Origin: an uncultured Erysipelotrichaceae bacterium
GTDB lineage: Bacteria; Bacillota_I; Bacilli_A; RFN20; CAG-826
Reading direction: 5' to 3'
Assembly (NCBI GenBank): GCA_902763555.1
Contig: CACWSI010000003.1
Coordinates: 181-64,180 of the forward strand
Length of the DNA: 64,000 bases
Numbering within the stretch: the first letter of the stretch is position 1; each line of letters opens with the position of its first letter. A program made the translations under genes and the position numbers. Shown here piece by piece: positions 50,144 to 60,599 of the stretch. Below the pieces are notes generated by a model. The model did no database searches. It was not told where the DNA came from and was given only the letters and a program-made list of their open reading frames with translations.

Positions 50144-51364
50144 ATGGAAATTGCCGCTATTATCATTTCTAGTCTTGCTTTAATTGCAATTGTTATTGCG
50201 ATTATTTTAATCATCAAAAACTCTAATAAGAAGGGTGAAGCACCACAGGTCGATTTAAAAGAAATTGGCATGCTTCAACAACAATTAAATTCTTTAACAG
50301 AACAGTTAAAAACTAATATCAAACTATCTGTCAGTGAAGAAATTAATAAAGTTTTAGAGCAAACCACAAAGAGCAACGAATTAAATAACGAAAAGTTAGA
50401 ACGTTTTCAAAACGGTATTACTGAATCACTTAATAAAAGATTCGACGCTCTTAATAAACAAATTGACGATAAGTTAATTGAAATAAATAAGAAAGTGGAT
50501 GAAAAACTCGCTGAAGGTTTTAAAACCACCGGTGAAACAATGGCCCAAGTCAGAGAAAGATTACAAGCTATTGATGCCGCACAAAAGAACATCGAAGAAT
50601 TATCTAAAGATGTCGTTTCTTTAAGAGGTGTCTTAGAAGGTAATCAAACAAGAGGCCAATATGGTGAATATCAATTATCCATGGTCTTACATAATGTTTT
50701 TGGGGACACAACTGGTTGCTACCAAGAACAATACACGATGAAAAAGGTCAAAGATGGTGATGATGTACGCGCTGATGCAGTGGTCTTTATGCCAGAACCA
50801 AATAAGATGATTTGTATCGACTCTAAATTCCCATTCCAAGATTATCAACGTATCTTTGAAACCGAGTCCCAAGAAGAAAAAGAAAGATTAACTAAAGAAT
50901 TTGGTAACGCTGTTAAAAAACACATTACTGTTATCAAAGATAAATATATCGTTGAAGGAAAAACCGCTCCTGAAGCTTTAATGTTTATTCCTAATGATGG
51001 TGTCTTCGCTTTCATTCATCAAAACTTAGATGATGTTATTGAATACGCTAGAAATAAGAAAGTTATCTTAACTTCCCCATCAACATTACCTGCTATCTTA
51101 GTCACCATTAATATGGTCAGAATCGAAGTAGAAAGAAGCAAAAATGCGGAAGAAATCAACCGTCACTTACAACGTCTCGCTAAAGACTTTGAGATGTTTG
51201 GTCGTGAATGGGAAAGTTTCTCCAATGCTTTAGATAGAACAACCAAAACAAGAGAATCCTTAGATCATCGTGTTGGTAAGATTACTAACAAGTTCCAAGC
51301 CATCAGCACTAGTAATGATTTAGAGGAAGATATCAAACAGATTGAAGGAGACAACAATGGTTAA
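50144..51364 (+). CDS. rmuC: DNA recombination protein RmuC
   Basis: N-terminal TM helix, long coiled coil, conserved RGQYGEYQL C-terminal nuclease-like domain. ATG 50144 with RBS GTGGGGGA. Confidence 0.85.
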   Translation: MEIAAIIISSLALIAIVIAIILIIKNSNKKGEAPQVDLKEIGMLQQQLNSLTEQLKTNIKLSVSEEINKVLEQTTKSNELNNEKLERFQNGITESLNKRFDALNKQIDDKLIEINKKVDEKLAEGFKTTGETMAQVRERLQAIDAAQKNIEELSKDVVSLRGVLEGNQTRGQYGEYQLSMVLHNVFGDTTGCYQEQYTMKKVKDGDDVRADAVVFMPEPNKMICIDSKFPFQDYQRIFETESQEEKERLTKEFGNAVKKHITVIKDKYIVEGKTAPEALMFIPNDGVFAFIHQNLDDVIEYARNKKVILTSPSTLPAILVTINMVRIEVERSKNAEEINRHLQRLAKDFEMFGREWESFSNALDRTTKTRESLDHRVGKITNKFQAISTSNDLEEDIKQIEGDNNG

Positions 51365-52362
51365 TTATAACGATCATAACCTCATCACATTTTCCAATAG
51401 CCTTTTAAAACATTTCGGTGTGAAAACTTTTCACCAAACTGAACCAGAAGTAGATAAAATCTTAAAAGGTCATAAGAAAGTCGTGGTCATGCTCTTTGAT
51501 GGCATGGGTCGAAACATCGTTAGATTACATTTAAAAGATAAAGACTATATTAGAAGTCATTATCTATGCACAATTAATTCCACATTCCCTCCAACCACAA
51601 CCGCAGCGACATTAGGTTTCTTAACTGGTAAATATCCAATAGAAACAGGCTGGATGTCTTGGACACAGTACTTTGAAGAATATAAAAGAAACATCATTTT
51701 ATTTAAGAATGTTGACTATAACACTGATGAAAAACTAGAACCAGCTAATATCGCTGAAACATTATTACCAACTAAGTCCATTTTAGAGTTAGTTAAAGAA
51801 AATAATGAAGACGTCACCGTGTTTGATTGGTCCAAAGAACTTTAGAGACTTCGAAAGAATTATTAATCAATCCATTAAAGGCGTTGATAAATGCTTAGGC
51901 TATTTCTATTTTGATTCACCGGATTATGAAATGCATGAAACTGGTATTGATTCATTTAAAGTGCACCGCATTGTTAAAAGAATTAATCGAATCGTTAGAC
52001 GTTTAGCCAAAGCCAATCCAGATACATTATTCTTATCTTTCGCGGACCATGGTCATATCAATGTTGAATTCTTGGATATATGCGAACATGAAGATCTATA
52101 TGCTTTATTAGATAAACCAATGTCTTTTGAAAAAAGAACACCAACTTTCTTTGTCAAGAAAGGCGTTAATAAGGAATTTGAAGAATTATTCAAAAAATAC
52201 TATGGTGAACATTTCTTATTAATGAACAAAGAAGAAGTTTTAGAATCTAAAATCTTTGGTGAAGGCAAAGTTAATCCAAAAGCAGTAGCCTTTATTGGTG
52301 ATTATCATGCCGGAAATACCAAAGAAGAAATGAAAATTGATATCTCCGCATACAATGTTTGA
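51357..52362 (+). pseudogene. Alkaline-phosphatase-superfamily (nucleotide pyrophosphatase/phosphodiesterase-like) gene split by a frameshift near 51830-51845
   Basis: Frame A (51357..51845) carries the metal-site motif FDGMGRN and TFPPTTTAATLGFLTGKYPIETG. Frame B (from about 51805 to 52362) carries the C-terminal half (FADHGH). The frames overlap about 40 nt. Confidence 0.65.
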
Positions 52363-52403
52363 TTGATTTTTTAGCGAATTATATTTATTATAAGAAACGC
52401 TAT

Positions 52404-52479
52404 GGGTCCGTAGCTCACCTGGGAGAGCGCATCGTTCGCAACGATGAGGTAGCGAGTTCGATCCTCGTCGGATCCACCA
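52404..52479 (+). tRNA. tRNA-Ala; anticodon loop reads TTCGCAA, i.e. anticodon CGC
   Basis: Cloverleaf folds by hand. Acceptor GGGTCCG/CGGATCC has the G3:U70 Ala identity pair. Encoded CCA. T-loop TTCGATC. Confidence 0.75.
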
Positions 52480-52493
52480 CATGTATACTATCA

Positions 52494-52522
52494 AGAGAGT
52501 GCGCATGTCGCTCTCTTTTTTA
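52494..52522 (+). terminator. Rho-independent terminator after the tRNA
   Basis: AGAGAGTG-cgcatgt-CGCTCTCT followed by TTTTTT. Confidence 0.6.
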
Positions 52523-52773
52523 ATTTTTTTAATAATGTTAGACACACGCGTTCACATGTAAAAAGTAACGATTATTAGTAAAAAACATATAAAAAGGTTG
52601 AATGTGTAACTTATCTTGCGTTATTTTTCGGTTTCAAAAAATTATAGCAAATGCAAAAAATGGTCGTATAATGGAGCCATAAAACTTCCGGTCGTAATAC
52701 TTAACTCAATATTTTTTATTTAGTGTAGTTTTAATGACCCCTAAGTACATATGTTTTGAAAGGAAACAATTCA

Positions 52774-54378
<1,605 letters not shown>

Positions 54379-54649
54379 TTATATCAATTAGACAAGCAAA
54401 ACAAAGGCCACGCTTCACGGCGTGGCCTTTTTTGTTGCCTAAAACACCAATACACAAAAATACGATTATAGACAACTTTGTCCATAGGAATATGTCAACT
54501 TTGCGGTCTTTTTATATCCTTGTTATTAATTAAATATATTTAGTAATATTGTCAATTTTTTGAATTGTTGAAATTCTTATGTATTTTTATGAATTTTCTT
54601 GAATATTAAATTATTTATTCGTATTATATTAGTGTCAGGAGGTAAATAA

Positions 54650-55015
54650 ATGGCAATAGAATGGTTTAGCTCAGATGCAAAAAATGGCGCTGCCTCTTTC
54701 TACAGCACAAATATCACATTAAATACCATCGCTTCAGTGCCACTTGAGAGTGCGTATCGAATACAAGTGGGACTCGATGAAAATAGAAATGTTGTTATTC
54801 AGCCGTTAAGTAAAGAGCAAATGCGCGATGGAGATTTAAACGGCTATGCAATTTATCAGATCTCCATCAAAAAGACTTATGCAAGGATATCTTCCACAGA
54901 CTTAATGAGGAAGGTAGCCAAAGCACTAGGTATCGTACTTGATGAAAAGCCAGTCAAATACGGTACAACGTGGGATGTAAAAGAAAACATGCTCACGATC
55001 CATACCGGAATATAA
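54650..55015 (+). CDS. Hypothetical 121-aa soluble protein immediately upstream of flotillin
   Basis: RBS AGGAGG. No TM helix. Thirteen nt separate its stop from the flotillin RBS. Confidence 0.5.
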   Translation: MAIEWFSSDAKNGAASFYSTNITLNTIASVPLESAYRIQVGLDENRNVVIQPLSKEQMRDGDLNGYAIYQISIKKTYARISSTDLMRKVAKALGIVLDEKPVKYGTTWDVKENMLTIHTGI

Positions 55016-55028
55016 GGAGGAAAGAAAG

Positions 55029-56510
55029 ATGTGGGTATTTATTTTATTAGGTGTAGCATTAGTGATTCTTATCATTATCTTCATTCTCTGCTCTTACACC
55101 AAAGCGGGGCCAGATGAAGCAATCATGATCTCTGGTTTAGGCAAAAGAAAAATTTTAAGAGGAAAAGCTGGCTGGAAAATTCCTTTCTTACAAAGAAAAG
55201 ACAGATTATCACTCAAGGTCTTCCAAGTTGACATCAAAACACGTGAATCAATTCCAACAAATGAATTCATTAACATCAATGTTGATGGTGTCGCTAACTT
55301 AAAGATCTCCAGTGATCCAGAATTACTCGAAAGAGCGTTCGAAGCAACATTAGGCATGAATCAAGACGACTTAATTGAACAAGTCAAACAAGTTCTTGAA
55401 GGCAATATGCGTGAAATCATTGGTACAGTTGGTATTCGTCAATTAGTCCAAGATAGAAAAGGTGTTGCAGAAGCTGTTAAAGAAAACGTTATTCCAGACA
55501 TGAGCAAATTAGGTTTGGAATTAGTGAACTTCAACATTCAAAACTTCTCAGATGGCAACCATGTGATTGAAAACTTAGGTATTGATAACATTTCCCAAAT
55601 CAGCAAAGAAGCGGCTATTGCTAAAGCAAATGCCGATAGAGATGTTAGCATTGCCAGAGCAAAAGCGGCTCAAGAAGCCAATGAAGCAGAAGTCAATTCC
55701 AAAACCGTTATCGTCCAAAAGAATACAGAATACTCTTTAAAAGAAGCGGAATTAAAGATCAAAACAGATACCGCAAGAGCGAATGCGGATGCCGCTTATA
55801 AGATTCAAGAACAAAAGAGACAAGAAGAAATCAATACCGCGACAGTTAACGCTGAAATTTCCAAGAGAGAAAGAGAAGTCGAACTTGGTAATAAAGAAGT
55901 TGAATTAACTGAAAAGAAATTAACCGCGGAAATCAACAAGAAAGCTGAAGCGGAAAAATACGCCGCCGAAAGACTTGCTGAAGCAGAACTCTATAAGAGA
56001 CAAAAAGCTGCCGAAGCCGAACTTCTTGAAGCTCAAAGAAAAGCCGAAAAGGTCAAAGTGGAAGCCGAAGCTCAAAGAATTGCTAGAGAAAAGGCTGCTG
56101 AAGCTGTCAAATTAGAAGCTGAAGCCAACAAACAAGCCGCCTTCGCAGAAGCTGCAGGTATTGAAGCCAAAGGTAATGCGGAAGCTAAAGCCACAAGAGA
56201 AAAAGCTGAAGCTATGAAGGCCTTCAATGATGCTGCTACCTTAAAGTTAGTCTTAGATAGTGGTGTCTTACCAGAAACAGTTAGAGCATACAGCGAACCA
56301 ATCGCTGCGGCATTAGGCCAAATCGATGGCATCACAATGTATGGTTCTGGCAACGAAGCCAAATTAGTGGAAGAAATTCAACAACATGGTGATCAAATCT
56401 TCGCTGGTATCAATAAGACACTCGGCATTGATTTGAAATCAGTCCTCCTTGGCTATTTAGGCCCAAAAGTCTTAAAAGATATTAAGAGCACAAAGGAAGA
56501 TAAGCAATAA
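55029..56510 (+). CDS. floT: Flotillin-like SPFH/band-7 protein (FloT/YuaG-like)
   Basis: N-terminal TM helix, SPFH domain, long Ala/Glu-rich EA-repeat coiled coil (AEAEKYAAERLAEAELYKRQKAAEAE...), C-terminal flotillin domain. Confidence 0.85.
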   Translation: MWVFILLGVALVILIIIFILCSYTKAGPDEAIMISGLGKRKILRGKAGWKIPFLQRKDRLSLKVFQVDIKTRESIPTNEFININVDGVANLKISSDPELLERAFEATLGMNQDDLIEQVKQVLEGNMREIIGTVGIRQLVQDRKGVAEAVKENVIPDMSKLGLELVNFNIQNFSDGNHVIENLGIDNISQISKEAAIAKANADRDVSIARAKAAQEANEAEVNSKTVIVQKNTEYSLKEAELKIKTDTARANADAAYKIQEQKRQEEINTATVNAEISKREREVELGNKEVELTEKKLTAEINKKAEAEKYAAERLAEAELYKRQKAAEAELLEAQRKAEKVKVEAEAQRIAREKAAEAVKLEAEANKQAAFAEAAGIEAKGNAEAKATREKAEAMKAFNDAATLKLVLDSGVLPETVRAYSEPIAAALGQIDGITMYGSGNEAKLVEEIQQHGDQIFAGINKTLGIDLKSVLLGYLGPKVLKDIKSTKEDKQ

Positions 56511-56572
56511 ATTTCTCCGGGATACCCTCACAATTGAGTGGGGGTATCTTTTATTTTGGTGTAGAATAAGTA

Positions 56573-57241
56573 TTGGCTATGACATACAAAGAGTTAGAAA
56601 AATACTTAAAAGAAAACGGAAATAAAAAGTTCGCAGAGTTTTCTAAAACAGTATCCAATAGTGAATACCTTGTTTTTGGCGTTAAGAACCCTGTTTTACG
56701 TCAAATCGTAAAAGAACACGCCAAAGATGAAGAATTAGCCTTAGATGACTTTAAAACAGGTAAATATTTAGAAATTGATTTCATTTATTTTGGCTTAGGT
56801 CTTTCTAGATGCAAGAATATCGATGAACAACTAGAATTCTTAAAACAAAATATTAAAAAGGCTAAATCATGGGCAATCACAGATACCGCTTCTACGTTTT
56901 TAAAGAAACTAACATTTGATAAATACTGGTCATTCTTCCTTTCGCTTGTTAAATCGCCTTTTACATACGATAGACGTATGGCCTATGTTCTTGGATTAAA
57001 GCTCGCAAAAGATAAAAAGATATTAGACGTCACTAAATACATCAAAAAAGATGATGAATATATGGTGATGATGGCGGAGGCTTGGTTATTAGCGACAACC
57101 GCTATCTATTATCCGAATGAAATATATGAATATCTCCTTAAATGTGAAGATATAACTTTAAAAAGAAAGGTCATTTCCAAAATGGTGGATTCTTTTAGAA
57201 TAGATGACACTACGAAAGAGAGATTTAAAGGCTTACGATAA
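56573..57241 (+). CDS. DNA alkylation repair enzyme-like protein (AlkD/AlkC HEAT-like repeat family)
   Basis: 222 aa, helical-repeat composition. The W..TDT motif is typical of PF08713. Confidence 0.55.
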   Translation: MAMTYKELEKYLKENGNKKFAEFSKTVSNSEYLVFGVKNPVLRQIVKEHAKDEELALDDFKTGKYLEIDFIYFGLGLSRCKNIDEQLEFLKQNIKKAKSWAITDTASTFLKKLTFDKYWSFFLSLVKSPFTYDRRMAYVLGLKLAKDKKILDVTKYIKKDDEYMVMMAEAWLLATTAIYYPNEIYEYLLKCEDITLKRKVISKMVDSFRIDDTTKERFKGLR

Positions 57242-57254
57242 ATGATTTTAAAGG

Positions 57255-57290
57255 AAACCTCCCAGTGGACAGGACTAGGAGGTTTTTATT
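57255..57290 (+). terminator. Rho-independent terminator after the AlkD-like gene
   Basis: AAACCTCC-loop-GGAGGTTT followed by TTATTT. Confidence 0.55.
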
Positions 57291-57361
57291 TATGTGGTTA
57301 TTTACCGCGATAACCACTTCCACTAATTAGACGTAAAAGCAGTAGTGGTTTTGCTAAAAAA

Positions 57362-57393
57362 GAAAGAAAAAAGGATCAGAATTTCTTCTGACC
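57362..57393 (-). terminator. Terminator of the minus-strand collagen-like lipoprotein gene
   Basis: Reverse complement GGGTCAGAAGAAATTCTGATCC followed by a T-rich run. Confidence 0.45.
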
Positions 57394-57416
57394 CTATTTT
57401 TATTCAATCTCGAATA

Positions 57417-60206
57417 TTATTCGAAGAAGAGAATTTCTGTTGTGTTGCTATCTGAGTAGAAACGAATGGAGACTTGGTGGTCAACATCGTTGGCGTAGTA
57501 TGGCATACCAGTGTCTGAATCTGTTTTTTCTTCGTAACCAGCAGCTGTAACGATTGGGTCGAGGATAGCTGTAATAGCAGCAGCTTGATCGCCACTAACG
57601 ATAACGAGTAAGTAGTGGTAACCACTTGCAACGTCAGATTCCATTGCGTAACCAGCACCAGCAGCATCTGGTAATGGTTCAGCGAGTGTGAATCCTAAAC
57701 CATATTGAGTTAAGAACGCGTTGACTTCTGCTAATGGGAATTCAGCGAGATCGAATGTAACTGGAGCAGTATAGCTTGGCTTGAAGAGAATGTAGCTTGT
57801 GTAATCACCAACATATAATTTGGCACCTGAGGCACCGAATGCTAAGTTGTGGTCACCCCAGCTATCAAGTGTATCTGACCAACCATAATCACCCATTGCG
57901 GCAGCGAAGGCATCCATTTCGTCTTTGTTAGAACCATAGAGCTTAGCATTTACGCCATCAAGGATGAAGTATGCATCTGGGTTAGCAGCAACGTATTCAG
58001 CAGCGACGACAGCGACATCGATGCTAGCGAATGTGCTTGTAACGTATGTATCGATATCAGCAGCAGCGTAGTGAACGACTGGAGCTGGAGCGGCTTCGAA
58101 TAAGCAAGAAATCTTAACGTAACTGTAGTAGTCTTCAACTTTTAAGCAAACATTGTCATCACCGATGTAAGCTTTGAAGTCATCTTCGAAGTAGTCACTG
58201 TAGTAGTTGATTTGCCAACCAGCAGCTTCTAAAGCGGCAGCGAAGTCAGCCATTTCATCTGTGTCGGAACCATAGATCTTATAGACTGCGCCTTCATCAG
58301 CGGATTCATAGTATGCATTAGCAGAAGCAGCAACGTATTCTGGAACTGCGACTGTAACGTTTTGACCAGCATAGTATTCAGCAATCTTATCGTTGACTTC
58401 ATCAACGCCTGGTAATTCGATGACTTCACCTGTTGGGATATAAGAACCATAGAATCTAATGGATGTATAACCACGTTTGTATGTGATGTACATATATGTC
58501 ATACCATCGTTTGGTAATTCATAGTCTTCATAATAATCTTCCCAAATGAAGCCAGCGGCTAAGACGTTAGCAATCATTTCTTCTGTAACGTCACCAGCGG
58601 TTAAGATTTCACCGCTGATTCTGTATGTACCGATATGAGTACCACTTGTGTATTCTGTCTTGGTTGATTTAACGAACCAATCAGCATCAACGTTAACACC
58701 TTCAAATCTGTTTTCTTCTAAGAATGCTTCGGCAATGAGTTCTTCTGGGAAGCCAGCGTTCTTTGTATAGCCGTTTTCTTCAAAGTATTCTTCTGTGAAT
58801 GGAAGTGTTTCGCCAAAGAATCTAGCGTATGTCCAACCATCTTTTTCTTGCATTGTGAGGTATGCATCGTTATCTGGATCGAATTCGGCTTCAGCATTAC
58901 CCTTGGCATCGAAGTAGACTTTGTAATCTTCTTCATATAAGAAGCCAGCGGCTAAGGCTTGTGCGCCTAAAGCTTCAGCATATAAACCTTCAGTAGCGAG
59001 TAAGTCGTAGTAGTATTCACCACCGTTGATACCAAATTTTTCATACCATGTGCCATCATTATTGACACCAGCGAATCTGTCAGCACCAACTGTTAAGGCA
59101 ACGTGTTCTGCTGGCCAACCATCAACAGCTTCAAAGCCTAACTCTAAGAAGTAATCAGCTGAGAATGGTGGGACATATTTTGGCATATAGACGTTGATAA
59201 CGTTACCGGCATCAAAGCCAAAGCCAACTTCAATATCAATACCACTTGCGGTTGTTTTAATGTAGTTAGTGGTGGATGTTGTATAAATACCACCTTGTGT
59301 GAAGCCTGCGGCTAATAATTTATCACCATAGTCTTCGAGGACAAAGTTTTCACTTGAGTCCCAAACGTACCATAAGCCGATGCCATAAGAGGATTCGTAG
59401 CCATTATAGTAACCGAATTCAATTGTTTCTTCTTCATAGTCAGCGAATGGAAGTGTTTCACCGAGGTATTTGATCATATCGGCGGAAACTTCAGCGTTCC
59501 ATTGTAGTTCACCATTGAGGTTTGCGACTTTCTTCCAGAAGCCATTAGCTTTTTGGTAGAAGTCTTTATTAACGAAGTCGAAGTATGTATCGCCATCATT
59601 ACCTAAATCGTTGGATGGACGACCATTACCGGAGAGGAATGATGTGCCATCTTTACCATCAGCGCCATCTTTGCCATCTTTACCATCTTTGCCGTCAAGA
59701 CCATCTTTACCATCTTTGCCATCGACGCCATCTTTGCCATCTTTGCCATCGACGCCATCTTTGCCGTCTTTGCCATCAGCGCCATCTTTACCGGCAGGAC
59801 CTTGAGGACCTTGTTCACCTTGTGGGCCTTGAGGACCAATTTCACCTCTATCGCCCTTTTCACCTTGAGCACCTTTGATGTTGCCGGCTGGTTGCCATGC
59901 GCCACCAACTTTAATGAAGAGATCCCAAGTTGAGATATTGACGAAAACGTCACCATTTTTACCATCTGCATCAGAAGGGTTTCTTGTGTCCGCTAAGAGT
60001 GACGCACCGTCGGCGCCTCTAACAGATTCTAACCATTCGTCATAGGACATTGTGCCGCCGGCAGCTTTGTACAATTGATAAATTTGTTGCTTTTCATAAG
60101 TGCCAGCTTGACTGTTGATTGCAGCGTTTGGACCTTGGAAGTTGCAGCCTGTTAAGAGCATGCCAGCTAATGCCAAACCTACAAACATTTTTGAAGTTTT
60201 TTTCAT
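57417..60206 (-). CDS. Collagen-like repeat surface lipoprotein, paralogue B, inverted relative to paralogue A
   Basis: Start MKKTSKMFVGLALAGMLLTGC with RBS GGAG. N-terminal ~125 aa are ~75% identical to paralogue A. About 25 Gly-X-Y triplets (GKDGKDGVDGKDG...). Long C-terminal region with internally duplicated modules. Confidence 0.8.
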   Translation of the reverse strand: MKKTSKMFVGLALAGMLLTGCNFQGPNAAINSQAGTYEKQQIYQLYKAAGGTMSYDEWLESVRGADGASLLADTRNPSDADGKNGDVFVNISTWDLFIKVGGAWQPAGNIKGAQGEKGDRGEIGPQGPQGEQGPQGPAGKDGADGKDGKDGVDGKDGKDGVDGKDGKDGLDGKDGKDGKDGADGKDGTSFLSGNGRPSNDLGNDGDTYFDFVNKDFYQKANGFWKKVANLNGELQWNAEVSADMIKYLGETLPFADYEEETIEFGYYNGYESSYGIGLWYVWDSSENFVLEDYGDKLLAAGFTQGGIYTTSTTNYIKTTASGIDIEVGFGFDAGNVINVYMPKYVPPFSADYFLELGFEAVDGWPAEHVALTVGADRFAGVNNDGTWYEKFGINGGEYYYDLLATEGLYAEALGAQALAAGFLYEEDYKVYFDAKGNAEAEFDPDNDAYLTMQEKDGWTYARFFGETLPFTEEYFEENGYTKNAGFPEELIAEAFLEENRFEGVNVDADWFVKSTKTEYTSGTHIGTYRISGEILTAGDVTEEMIANVLAAGFIWEDYYEDYELPNDGMTYMYITYKRGYTSIRFYGSYIPTGEVIELPGVDEVNDKIAEYYAGQNVTVAVPEYVAASANAYYESADEGAVYKIYGSDTDEMADFAAALEAAGWQINYYSDYFEDDFKAYIGDDNVCLKVEDYYSYVKISCLFEAAPAPVVHYAAADIDTYVTSTFASIDVAVVAAEYVAANPDAYFILDGVNAKLYGSNKDEMDAFAAAMGDYGWSDTLDSWGDHNLAFGASGAKLYVGDYTSYILFKPSYTAPVTFDLAEFPLAEVNAFLTQYGLGFTLAEPLPDAAGAGYAMESDVASGYHYLLVIVSGDQAAAITAILDPIVTAAGYEEKTDSDTGMPYYANDVDHQVSIRFYSDSNTTEILFFE
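59640..59880 (-). repeat. Tandem 9-nt coding repeats (GGY AAR GAY) encoding the collagen-like tract of paralogue B
   Basis: Plus strand reads atctttgcc / atctttacc iterations. Antisense ORFs with PSLPS / AKMVKM repeats are artefacts of this periodicity. Confidence 0.85.
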
Positions 60207-60599
60207 AAACTGTCTTTTTCTCCTTTTAAAGATATAAATTTGCCTACAATAATATTTCAATGTGCAACGCATGACAATAAAAAATATTTATAGATTTATA
60301 CGATGAAATGTGATGATTTTATGACAATTTTGATAATGAAAAAAAGACAATTGTGATAAAAATTGATTCCTATTTATTTATAAATATAGGGTCAAAATTA
60401 CTATCAAAGTGATAGAAGTTTTTAGTGGTCAAGAATGACAAAAATAGATGTTACAAAAAATAAAAAAGTGTAAATAAATGATAGTCACACTCTCAATTTA
60501 ATATTTATCAAAATATTCGTTTAAATGCTTTAATCGCAAGATTTTATAATATATGCATCAAAAAACGATTGCAAGAAAATAATACAAAAATGAGGTTAA

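Noticed and set aside
52240-52545. 101-aa minus-strand ORF
   Set aside because: It overlaps the tRNA-Ala gene and its terminator, which makes it a spurious ORF.
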